DNA of 64,000 nt from Desulfatiglandales bacterium (GTDB lineage: Bacteria > Desulfobacterota > DSM-4660 > Desulfatiglandales > HGW-15). Position 1 is the stretch's first letter. Every line of letters begins with the position of its first letter. Positions 54,257-64,000 of the stretch are shown here, piece after piece. The notes under the pieces are model-generated. The model did not search any database and was not told where the DNA came from. It saw only the letters and a program-made list of their open reading frames with translations. Position numbers and translations under genes: made by a program. The stretch covers positions 30,256 through 94,255 of the forward strand of contig JBMNCO010000068.1 in NCBI GenBank assembly GCA_049366815.1, read 5' to 3'.

Positions 54257-55522
54257 TCACGGGGTTTTCTCCAGAAAGTCAGGGATCTTCTCGCCTCGAA
54301 TAAGGTCCTCATAGGTTTCCCGTGCTCGGATGACCTCATAGTCCCGGCCCTTGACCATGACTTCCGCGACCTTGGGGCGGGAATTGTAATTCGAAGACAT
54401 ACTGAAGCCGTAGGCCCCGGCGCTCATGACAGCCATGAGTTCTCCGGGCTCAAAGCCCTCCACCTCCCTGTCTTTGGCCAGAAAGTCCCCTGATTCGCAT
54501 ATAGGCCCTACGATATCGGCCTGGATCTTTTCATGGCCCCTGATCATGACGGGCTGGATCCCATGATAAGATCCATAGAGGCTCGGGCGGACCAGGTCGT
54601 TCATGGCCGCATCCACAATGATGAAATGCTTATCCTCCGCCGATTTGGTGTAAAGCACCCTTGCCACCAGGATGCCTGCATTGCCCATAATGACCCTTCC
54701 CGGTTCGAGGATCAGGATCAGATCCCGCATATTCATTTCGCTCTTGACGGCCTTGGCGTACTCCCCGGGATGGGGAGGGACCTCCTTCTCATAGGTGATG
54801 CCCAGACCCCCGCCCAGATCCAGATAATCGATTCGAATGTCCCTATGCTGAAGTTCATCAATAAGGCTCTTGACCCTCCTCAGGGCGTCCACAAAGGGTC
54901 TGACCTCGGTCAGCTGGGACCCGATATGGCAGGATACCCCCGAGATTTTCAAGTGGCTGAGCCCTGCGGCCGTCCTGTAGACTTCCAAGGCCTTTCGAAT
55001 ATCAATCCCGAACTTGTTTTCTTTCAGGCCTGTTGAAATATAGGGATGGGTCCGGGGATCCACGTCCGGATTGACCCGAAGCGCTATCCGGGCCTTTTTA
55101 CCTTGTCTTTCAGCCACCTCATTCAGCAGGCTGATCTCCTGCGTCGATTCCACATTAAAGAGAAGGATTCCCGACTTGAGGGCGTATTCCATGTCTTCCG
55201 CCCTTTTCCCCACCCCGGAATATACAATCCTTTCCGGTTCAATCCCAGCCCTCAATGCGCGGAACAGTTCACCCCCCGACACGATGTCCGCGCCGCCACC
55301 CTCACGGGCAATGAGCCTCAGGACGGCCAGATTTGAGTTGGACTTCATGGAAAAACAGGTCAGGTGTTTCATCTCTCCAAATGCGTCGTCAAAGGCCCGG
55401 AAGTGTCTTTTCAGCGTGGCATGGGAATAGAGATAAAAGGGCGTTCCCACGTTCTCGGCGATCTGTGAAACGGAGACCTCTTCGCAAAAAAGTGCGTTAT
55501 TTCTGTAATGAAAGTGATGCAT
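54257..55522 (-). CDS. lysA: Diaminopimelate decarboxylase
   Basis: PLP-Lys region LTCFSMKSNSN, GGGLGI, and the CESGD motif (GPICESGDFLA). Confidence 0.95.
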   Translation of the reverse strand: MHHFHYRNNALFCEEVSVSQIAENVGTPFYLYSHATLKRHFRAFDDAFGEMKHLTCFSMKSNSNLAVLRLIAREGGGADIVSGGELFRALRAGIEPERIVYSGVGKRAEDMEYALKSGILLFNVESTQEISLLNEVAERQGKKARIALRVNPDVDPRTHPYISTGLKENKFGIDIRKALEVYRTAAGLSHLKISGVSCHIGSQLTEVRPFVDALRRVKSLIDELQHRDIRIDYLDLGGGLGITYEKEVPPHPGEYAKAVKSEMNMRDLILILEPGRVIMGNAGILVARVLYTKSAEDKHFIIVDAAMNDLVRPSLYGSYHGIQPVMIRGHEKIQADIVGPICESGDFLAKDREVEGFEPGELMAVMSAGAYGFSMSSNYNSRPKVAEVMVKGRDYEVIRARETYEDLIRGEKIPDFLEKTP

Positions 55523-55818
55523 TTCCTCACAACAATATAAGCTGATTCATTTTTTAGGGTTTAAAGACAGAAAGTCGAAACCCGACCCTGAAGGAATGGG
55601 GCTTGTGTAATACCTGAATGACCCTTGTGCTACCCAGATGGCGTTGCTCTGCATTGAATGGTGCTGTGGCCGTGTCTCCTGTCTTTGCATGCCCCTGGAC
55701 ATGGACCCGAAGGTTGCCCCAGGTCACATGTTCCATCATTTTCGCTGCATAATCTTCATCCCATCATACCGTCGTCCTGGGCCTATCGGGAAAACAACAG
55801 CTTGATGTGTGACCGGTA

Positions 55819-56274
55819 TCAGGGCGAACCTTCCGGTGCAATCTGGATGGTGTTTGAAGGCGGTCCCATCCTGCCATCCGGTCCGAGAAGGTAGACCTTG
55901 AAAAAGAGGACCTGCCCTTCCGTTTTCCCCGGCACATTACAGGAAAATCGTTCCCCTGTAATGACTTCCGGACCGAAATGGTCATAGCCCTGGTACGCAA
56001 TGGGGCAGTCGGCACAGGGCGCCTCCTGCGGCGGAAACTCGCCGTAATAAACCCTGCATCCTGTAATCGACCCCCGGGCCTCCTCTGGAGATCTTGGTCC
56101 CTCTAGGTCTCCTGCGAGAAGAATTTTCCCTTCGGACCACCCGCCCTTGAGATTCGATATCTTCAAGGGGAAGGCCTTTTGCGGGATAAAAGGCGGCCCC
56201 TTTTTACCGCAGCAACACAGAAACACGACAGCGGCCAATAGGAAAATGACCTTTACAGATACCGAGCTTTTCAA
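55819..56274 (-). CDS. LptM/LppL-like lipoprotein with a ~110-aa Cys-containing C-terminal extension
   Basis: TTG start overlapping the argH stop (TTGA), with a GAGGA SD 8 nt upstream. Signal peptide KVIFLLAAVVFLCCCG followed by GKKGPPFIP (compare the LptM CG-x-KGPL motif). Sits immediately upstream of lysA-dapF. Confidence 0.6.
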   Translation of the reverse strand: MKSSVSVKVIFLLAAVVFLCCCGKKGPPFIPQKAFPLKISNLKGGWSEGKILLAGDLEGPRSPEEARGSITGCRVYYGEFPPQEAPCADCPIAYQGYDHFGPEVITGERFSCNVPGKTEGQVLFFKVYLLGPDGRMGPPSNTIQIAPEGSP

Positions 56275-57650
56275 ACCCCCAGTTCCTCTTTCGCCTTTTC
56301 GAGGCTTTTGCGGACCGCATCCGGTCCGGTTCCTCCCGGGAGATTTCTCCGCCCTACGCAGGCCTCAGGATCGAGCCACGAAAAGACATCCGCATCGATC
56401 TTTTCTGAAAACCGTTTCATCTCGTCCAGGGTAAGGTCATGCAACTCCTTGCCCTTTTCCATGGCAAAAAGGACCATCTTTCCCACGGCATCGTGGGCGT
56501 GCCGGAAGGTCTCCCCTTTGGTGACCATATAGTCAGCCAGGTCCGTAGCGGCGAGGTATCCCTTTCCAATCGCCTCTTTCATCCTTTGACCATTGAATGT
56601 GATACCCTTGAGAAGACCGCTGGCGACCTTAAGGCATGGCTCCAGGGTATCGACGGTGTCAAAAAGGGCCTCTTTGTCCTCTTGCATATCCTTATTGTAG
56701 GTCAGCGGAAGTCCTTTCATTGTCGTCAGGAGTCCCATAAGGTGTCCGTAAACACGGCCTGTCTTCCCCCTGATCAGTTCCGGTACGTCAGGATTTTTCT
56801 TCTGGGGCATGATGCTGCTGCCGGTACAGAAGGCATCCGGCAGGTTCACGAAGTCAAACTCCTGGGTGGACCACACGATCAGTTCTTCGCTCATCCGGCT
56901 CAGATGCATCATCAGGACCGAGGATGCAAAGAGGAACTCCAGGATGAAATCCCGATCACTGACGGCGTCCATGCTGTTTCGGGAAATGGTGTCAAAACCC
57001 AATTCCTCGGCCACCATCCTGCGGTCAAGATCAAAGGTGGTGCCTGCCAGGGCCGCACTGCCCAGGGTAAGGATGTTGACTCTCCTGGAATTTTCCTGAA
57101 ATCGCTGCCGATCCCTTTTCAGCATCTCGAAGTAGGCCAGGAGATGATGGGCCACCAGGACCGGCTGGGCCCTCTGCATATGGGTATAGCCTGGAATGAT
57201 CAGACCGATGTTTGATTCTGCGAGCTGGAGCAGGCTCCTTTGCATCTCAATGACCAGCCCGTTCACCCTGTTGATGGCCTCCCTCACATAGAGACGGACG
57301 TCCAGGGAGACCTGGTCGTTTCGACTCCGACCCGTGTGAATCTTCTCACCAATGGGGCCGACTTTGTCCACCAGGGCCTTTTCCACAAGGGTATGGATAT
57401 CTTCGTGGGTTTCATCTGAGAGATACGCGCCCCCGTCCATGGCCTCCTTGATCTCCTGGAGGGCCGAAATGATCCGGGACGTCTCTTCCTCACTGAAGAC
57501 ATTCTGTTTGGCCAAGGCCCGGCAGTGGGCCACGCTGCCCTGGATGTCCTGGGCATATAAACGCCGGTCAAAACGGATGGAGGCGTTGAAACGGTCCACC
57601 ATTTCGTCGGTGTCTTCCTGAAAACGACCTCCCCAGACCTTCTCAATCAT
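56271..57650 (-). CDS. argH: Argininosuccinate lyase
   Basis: Fumarate-lyase signature GSSIMPQKKNPD and TGRSRNDQ. Confidence 0.97.
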   Translation of the reverse strand: MIEKVWGGRFQEDTDEMVDRFNASIRFDRRLYAQDIQGSVAHCRALAKQNVFSEEETSRIISALQEIKEAMDGGAYLSDETHEDIHTLVEKALVDKVGPIGEKIHTGRSRNDQVSLDVRLYVREAINRVNGLVIEMQRSLLQLAESNIGLIIPGYTHMQRAQPVLVAHHLLAYFEMLKRDRQRFQENSRRVNILTLGSAALAGTTFDLDRRMVAEELGFDTISRNSMDAVSDRDFILEFLFASSVLMMHLSRMSEELIVWSTQEFDFVNLPDAFCTGSSIMPQKKNPDVPELIRGKTGRVYGHLMGLLTTMKGLPLTYNKDMQEDKEALFDTVDTLEPCLKVASGLLKGITFNGQRMKEAIGKGYLAATDLADYMVTKGETFRHAHDAVGKMVLFAMEKGKELHDLTLDEMKRFSEKIDADVFSWLDPEACVGRRNLPGGTGPDAVRKSLEKAKEELGV

Positions 57651-57738
57651 AAATCTTTCACCTGTCTTTTTCTTCAGTCCGCAAGAACTTCAGGGCCGGG
57701 AACCTCCTCATGCCGGAGGTCCCTTTGCTCCCTGATAT

Positions 57739-58947
57739 TCACCGTGGCTTTCGCAAGAGATGGGCGATCTTGAGCCGAAGGGCATTGAGCCTGATAAAAC
57801 CCGCCGCATCTTTCTGGTCATAGACCTCATCCTCTTCAAAGGTTGCCACTTCGGGATCATACAGGGATTTTTCGGATTTCCTTCCGACCACCGTGCAGTT
57901 GCCTTTATAGAGTTTGAGTCGTGCCACTCCCGAGACATCCTTCTGCGATTCGTCGATCAAGGCCTGGAGAGCAACCCGCTCAGGCGCGAACCAATAACCA
58001 TAATAGAGCATCTCCGTGTAACGGGGAACCAGACCGTCCCGGAGGTGCATGACTTCCCGGTCCATGGTGATGGACTCTATGGCCTGATGGGCCACCCTCA
58101 CGACCGTTCCGCCGGGGGTTTCATATACGCCCCTGGACTTCATCCCCACATAACGGTTCTCGACGATGTCTACCCGGCCGATGCCGTTCCTTCCGGCCAC
58201 GCCGTTGAGATGGGCCAGTAGCTCCGCCGGCGTCATGGCCTTTCCATCCACTGCCACCGGATCTCCCTGCCGGAACTCTATCTCAATATAGGTGGGCCGG
58301 TCCGGGGCCTTTTCAGGAGACACGGACAGCAGGAACATATCCTCCTCGGGTTCGTTCCAGGGATCCTCGAGAACGCCACCTTCATAACTTATGTGAAGCA
58401 GATTTCTGTCCGAGGAATAGGGTTTCTCCTTGCTCACGGGAATCGAGATATTTCGGGAGCGGGCATACTCCATGAGATCCTCTCTGCCCTTAAAATCCCA
58501 TATCTTCCAGGGGGCGATGATGGCCAGTTCAGGTGCAAGGGCCATGTAAGTCATTTCAAATCTGACCTGGTCGTTGCCTTTCCCGGTAGATCCATGGCTG
58601 ACTGCATCGGCACCATACTCTTTCGCCACTTCCACCTGCCGCTTGGCGATCAGGGGTCTTGCCAATGATGTGCCGAGCAAGTACCCTGACTCATAAATGG
58701 CGTTGCCCCTGAGGGCCGGCCATACATAGTCCCGGACGAATTCCTCTCTGAGGTCCTCGATGATGGCCTCATCCGCCCCCGTTGCCTTGGCCTTTTCTAT
58801 CAGGCCCTCCGTTTCTTCCGCCTGCCCCACGTCAGCCGCGTAGGCGATGACGGGGCACTGGTAGGTTTCCTTCAACCATGTCAGAATGACCGAGGTATCC
58901 AGCCCCCCGGAATAGGCCAAAACGATTTTATTTATTTTTTCACTCAC
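57739..58947 (-). CDS. argG: Argininosuccinate synthase
   Basis: GTG start with an [21 protein letters not shown]-PPase motif and [13 protein letters not shown]. Confidence 0.97.
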   Translation of the reverse strand: MSEKINKIVLAYSGGLDTSVILTWLKETYQCPVIAYAADVGQAEETEGLIEKAKATGADEAIIEDLREEFVRDYVWPALRGNAIYESGYLLGTSLARPLIAKRQVEVAKEYGADAVSHGSTGKGNDQVRFEMTYMALAPELAIIAPWKIWDFKGREDLMEYARSRNISIPVSKEKPYSSDRNLLHISYEGGVLEDPWNEPEEDMFLLSVSPEKAPDRPTYIEIEFRQGDPVAVDGKAMTPAELLAHLNGVAGRNGIGRVDIVENRYVGMKSRGVYETPGGTVVRVAHQAIESITMDREVMHLRDGLVPRYTEMLYYGYWFAPERVALQALIDESQKDVSGVARLKLYKGNCTVVGRKSEKSLYDPEVATFEEDEVYDQKDAAGFIRLNALRLKIAHLLRKPR

Positions 58948-59136
58948 TGTTTATGTCCTCCTTGGGCTTATTTCTGAAAATGATACGAATCACTGACCCT
59001 ATTCATTTCCAGATGGATGCAAGCATCCTTCAACTACTGATGACAAATGGACTCCCTTGCCCGGGTTGATGGCTATTCCCCCTCAGGCATGAGTCCTTTA
59101 AACTTTCTCTCGGTTCGGGCACAGAAATCGCCCCTT

Positions 59137-60345
59137 CTATAGTGCAGCAAAGACCTCATCCAGGGCCTTGATCATAGGGTCGATCTCCGCCTGGGTTACG
59201 ATGAGGGGTGGGACGAACCGCAGGACGTTCTCCTGGGCGCTGGCGACAATAAAGCCTCTTTCCATACAGGCCGAAATGACCGGGCCCACCGGTCTGTCAA
59301 GTTCCACACCTAGGATCAGGCCCAATCCTCTGACTTCCTTGACAAAGGGATATTTTGCCTTTAATGATTCGAGTCTTTCCCTGAAATACACCCCCATGTC
59401 CCTGCAATGATCGATCCAGCCGTCTTGAATAATGCTTTTGAGGACGGCCTTTGCCACCGCCGTAACCAGAGGCGTACCGCCGAAGGTCGTGGCATGGCTC
59501 CCGGGGCCGAAGGCCTCACTCAATGGTTCCGTCGAGAGCATCGCACCAATAGGGAGTCCATTTCCCAGTGCCTTGGCCAGGGTCATGATATCGGGGGTGA
59601 CACCCGAATGCTCATAGGCGAACAATTTACCGGTGCGACCCATGCCTACCTGCACCTCGTCAAAAATCATCAGGACATTATTCGCCCGGCAGATCTCTCT
59701 GACCCCTTTAAGGTATTCAGGATGCGGCAACACCACCCCGCCCTCCCCCTGAATGGGTTCGAGCATCACGGCACAGACAGAATCTTCTATGGCCGTTTCC
59801 AGTGCCTTAAGATCGTTGAAGGGGACATAATCAAAACCCTCCAGCAGGGGATCATACCCGGTCTGAATTTTGCTCTGACCTGTGGCCGATAGGGTGGCCA
59901 TGGTCCTCCCGTGGAATGAGCCCTTCATAGTTATGATTCGATGCCTTCCGGGACCGTACGCCTCCCGTGAATATCTTCGAGCAAGTTTTATGGCGGCCTC
60001 GTTGGCCTCGGCCCCGCTGTTGCAGAAAAAGACACGATCTGCAAAAGAATGGTTCACCAAAAGCTCGGCCAATTCGATTTGCGGTTTCGTGTAATAGAGG
60101 TTTGAGACGTGAACCAGTTCTCTGGACTGTTCCATCAAGGCCTGACTGACCAGTGGGGAACTGTGCCCAAGGGCGCATACGGCGATTCCGGCCACAAAAT
60201 CGAGATACTCCTTTCCATCCTCGTCCCACACACGGCAGCCTTTTCCCCGGGTCAGCACGACCGGTGCCCTTTTGTATGTCGGGAAAAGGACCGTCTCTGC
60301 GAGTCGAATGGTTTGACTGGTTTGAAGTTCCTTGTTCATATCCAA
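59137..60345 (-). CDS. argD: Acetylornithine aminotransferase
   Basis: Class III aminotransferase: SGAEANEAAIKLAR, DEVQVGMGRTGK, and the PLP-Lys in TLAKALGNG. The track start is TTG; an ATG lies at 60339. Confidence 0.93.
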   Translation of the reverse strand: MDMNKELQTSQTIRLAETVLFPTYKRAPVVLTRGKGCRVWDEDGKEYLDFVAGIAVCALGHSSPLVSQALMEQSRELVHVSNLYYTKPQIELAELLVNHSFADRVFFCNSGAEANEAAIKLARRYSREAYGPGRHRIITMKGSFHGRTMATLSATGQSKIQTGYDPLLEGFDYVPFNDLKALETAIEDSVCAVMLEPIQGEGGVVLPHPEYLKGVREICRANNVLMIFDEVQVGMGRTGKLFAYEHSGVTPDIMTLAKALGNGLPIGAMLSTEPLSEAFGPGSHATTFGGTPLVTAVAKAVLKSIIQDGWIDHCRDMGVYFRERLESLKAKYPFVKEVRGLGLILGVELDRPVGPVISACMERGFIVASAQENVLRFVPPLIVTQAEIDPMIKALDEVFAAL

Positions 60346-60394
60346 TGATCCTCGTTTATCCTCAAGGCATGGGAAATATATGATTTCTGGATGG

Positions 60395-60469
60395 AGCGGT
60401 CTGCGATCAGCATTCAGCGCTCAGCCTCATTCCTCGTCTTCGCATAGCTTTTGCTGATACCTGACCGCT
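60395..60469. repeat. Long interrupted inverted repeat in the argB-argD spacer
   Basis: AGCGGTC-n4-ATCAGCA (60395-60412) pairs with TGCTGAT-n4-GACCGCT (60452-60469). Confidence 0.6.
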
Positions 60470-60486
60470 GAGGGCCGTTCGCGCGA

Positions 60487-60510
60487 ATCCGGAAATACCC
60501 ATTTCCGGAT
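60487..60510. repeat. Perfect 10-bp hairpin ATCCGGAAAT-accc-ATTTCCGGAT just downstream of argB
   Basis: Read directly. There is no U-run on either side, so it is not a canonical terminator. Confidence 0.7.
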
Positions 60511-60537
60511 GAGCACAAGTTAATGACTCGAACCGGG

Positions 60538-62834
<2,297 letters not shown>

Positions 62835-62836
62835 TT

Positions 62837-63382
62837 TTATCCCTTCGCTTGAATCTCTTGGACAACGATGTGTTCATTGGTGTAAAGGCAGATCGCAGCG
62901 GTAATTTTCATGGCCTCTCGAGCAATTTCGGGCGCCTCCAGATCTGAATGGATGAAAAGGGCCTGGGCTGCTGCGAGGGCATAGGGCCCCCCCGAGCCTA
63001 TGGCGGCGACGGATTCGTCCGGTTCAATGACATCGCCTGTCCCTGAAATAATGAAGGTATGCTCCCTGTCCATTGCCAGCAGCAGGGCTTCAAGTTTTCT
63101 AAGGATCTTGTCTGTGCGCCAATCCTTGGCCAATTCCACGGCCGCCCTGGTCAGGTTTCCGTTAAATTTCTCCAGTTTGGCCTCAAGTTTTTCAAAGAGA
63201 TTGAAGGCATCGGCCGCAGCTCCGGCAAAACCTACCAGGACCAGGTCATTGTACATAAAGCGGACTTTCACGGCCTTATGTTTCATGATGGTCTCGTTAA
63301 AGGTGACCTGGCCGTCCCCTGCCATGGCCGCCCTTCCATTCTTGCGGACGGCAAGAATAGTTGTTGCCCGGATTTTTTTCAT
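62837..63382 (-). CDS. hslV: ATP-dependent protease subunit HslV
   Basis: Start at ATG 63382. [28 protein letters not shown] resembles B. subtilis ClpQ/CodW-type HslV with a short propeptide before the catalytic Thr. GSGGPYA motif. Confidence 0.93.
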   Translation of the reverse strand: MKKIRATTILAVRKNGRAAMAGDGQVTFNETIMKHKAVKVRFMYNDLVLVGFAGAAADAFNLFEKLEAKLEKFNGNLTRAAVELAKDWRTDKILRKLEALLLAMDREHTFIISGTGDVIEPDESVAAIGSGGPYALAAAQALFIHSDLEAPEIAREAMKITAAICLYTNEHIVVQEIQAKG

Positions 63383-63489
63383 AAAAACCCCAGTCGGTCT
63401 TGATTTGTTGTCTTTATTGGTGCTCAAGACACGGTTGATCGCTTTCTGCAACAGCCCCCAATATCTCAGCACGAATACAAAACGCGTGC

Positions 63490-64000
63490 TCAATGGCTCC
63501 TCGGATGGGCCTTGTCGTATATCTCCATAAGCCTGTCCAGGCTGACGTGGGTGTATTTCTGGGTCGTGGAAAGGCTCGCATGGCCGAGAAGTTCCTGCAC
63601 CGAGCGAAGATCCGCACCGCCATCTAAAAGGTGGGTGGCAAAACTATGCCGTAATGAATGGGGACTGATTTCCATCATCAAGGCGCACTCCCTGCCATAC
63701 CTCTTCACAATCTTGCCGATACTCCGGCTGGAAAGCCTCCCGCCCCGGCAATTGACAAAAAGGGGCGGATCATCCCTGTCCCGCTGCGCCTTTTTCCTGA
63801 GCGCCACGGCCCCATCGAGGTAATTGTTGACCGCATTGATTGCACTTTTTCCTATAGGAACAATCCGTTCCTTGTCCCCTTTACCCAGAACCCGGACCAG
63901 GTGCTGTCCAAAATCAATGCTTGACAGGTTCATTCCCGCCAGTTCGCTGACGCGGAGACCACAAGAATACAGGACCTCTAAAATGGCAAGATCCCTGAGC
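63490..64000 (-). CDS. xerC: Tyrosine recombinase XerC/XerD family, C-terminal catalytic half; the 5' end lies beyond the window
   Basis: The frame stays open to nt 64000 (..[23 protein letters not shown]..). Catalytic residues are in [12 protein letters not shown] and [16 protein letters not shown]. xerC-hslV-hslU synteny. Confidence 0.88.
   Translation of the reverse strand, partial: LRDLAILEVLYSCGLRVSELAGMNLSSIDFGQHLVRVLGKGDKERIVPIGKSAINAVNNYLDGAVALRKKAQRDRDDPPLFVNCRGGRLSSRSIGKIVKRYGRECALMMEISPHSLRHSFATHLLDGGADLRSVQELLGHASLSTTQKYTHVSLDRLMEIYDKAHPRSH

Noticed and set aside
55554-55739. 61-aa ORF (MMEHVTWGNLRV...) inside the lysA leader.
   Set aside because: No SD upstream of either ATG, and the composition is unlike the neighbouring genes. 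I treated it as non-coding.
55523-55818. Lysine (L-box) riboswitch upstream of lysA.
   Set aside because: I could not find the conserved L-box core elements (for example the GAGGCGC 5' segment and the helices of the five-way junction) on the minus strand. I kept the region only as an unexplained long leader.
58948-59136. ARG-box-like sequences (TGAAAATGATACGAATCA, ATTCAT) and the palindrome GGATGCAAGCATCC in the argD-argG spacer.
   Set aside because: The matches to the TnTGAATwwwwATTCAnw consensus are too weak and are not arranged as the usual tandem pair. Nothing can be supported without a genome-wide motif model.

Overview
Hand annotation, no tools: coordinates, folds and GC values were read or counted by eye. 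The GC values are single 100-nt hand counts, not sliding windows. The window looks like a chromosomal segment of a moderately GC-rich bacterium. Its gene content (DapL-type lysine pathway, GT9/DUF374 envelope genes, TRAP and TAXI transporters, AprBA-like flavoprotein/ferredoxin pairs, a cytoplasmic molybdopterin enzyme, lexA-imuB-dnaE2) suggests an anaerobic Desulfobacterota/Deltaproteobacteria-like organism; this is inference only. I support about 60 CDS, two tRNAs (Gly-GCC, Cys-GCA), one small mobile element, one gene remnant and several promoters and terminators. Layout: (i) 1-9.4 kb. smc and ftsY are separated by a roughly 5.5-kb low-GC mosaic island holding a LysE exporter, a radical-SAM protein, a PNPOx-like protein, a PfkB kinase, a methyltransferase and a rhodanese remnant. 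The island also carries a 1,057-bp Y1/HUH transposase unit bounded by 34-bp inverted repeats. (ii) 9.4-22 kb. An amino-acid ABC importer operon is translationally coupled to a GlcD-like flavoenzyme. It is followed by GT9, htpX, an OmpA-family lipoprotein, lon, a DUF374 acyltransferase and an orphan tandem SagB-type nitroreductase. (iii) 22.3-27.4 kb. A lexA-imuB-dnaE2 mutagenesis cassette without imuA, with a 128-nt nested inverted repeat between lexA and imuB. (iv) 27.4-47.0 kb, the most interesting part. This is a 20-kb orphan catabolic supercluster, entirely on the minus strand. It encodes a CoA ligase, two paralogous GntR/FCD regulators, a DctPQM TRAP system, a TAXI-TRAP system, a cytoplasmic Mo-bisPGD enzyme, a PhtD-like decarboxylase, a class II aldolase/adducin-fold protein, two diverged AprBA-like ferredoxin+flavoprotein pairs and a stand-alone receiver. 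I cannot map it to a described pathway. (v) 47.5-64 kb. A co-directional housekeeping run: xerC-hslVU-argB, argD, argG, argH, an LptM-like lipoprotein, lysA-dapF-dapA-dapB-dapL, folK, a YHS protein, tal, an SLT transglycosylase, pgsA, tRNA-Gly and tRNA-Cys. I saw no CRISPR array, rRNA, prophage or recognisable defence system.
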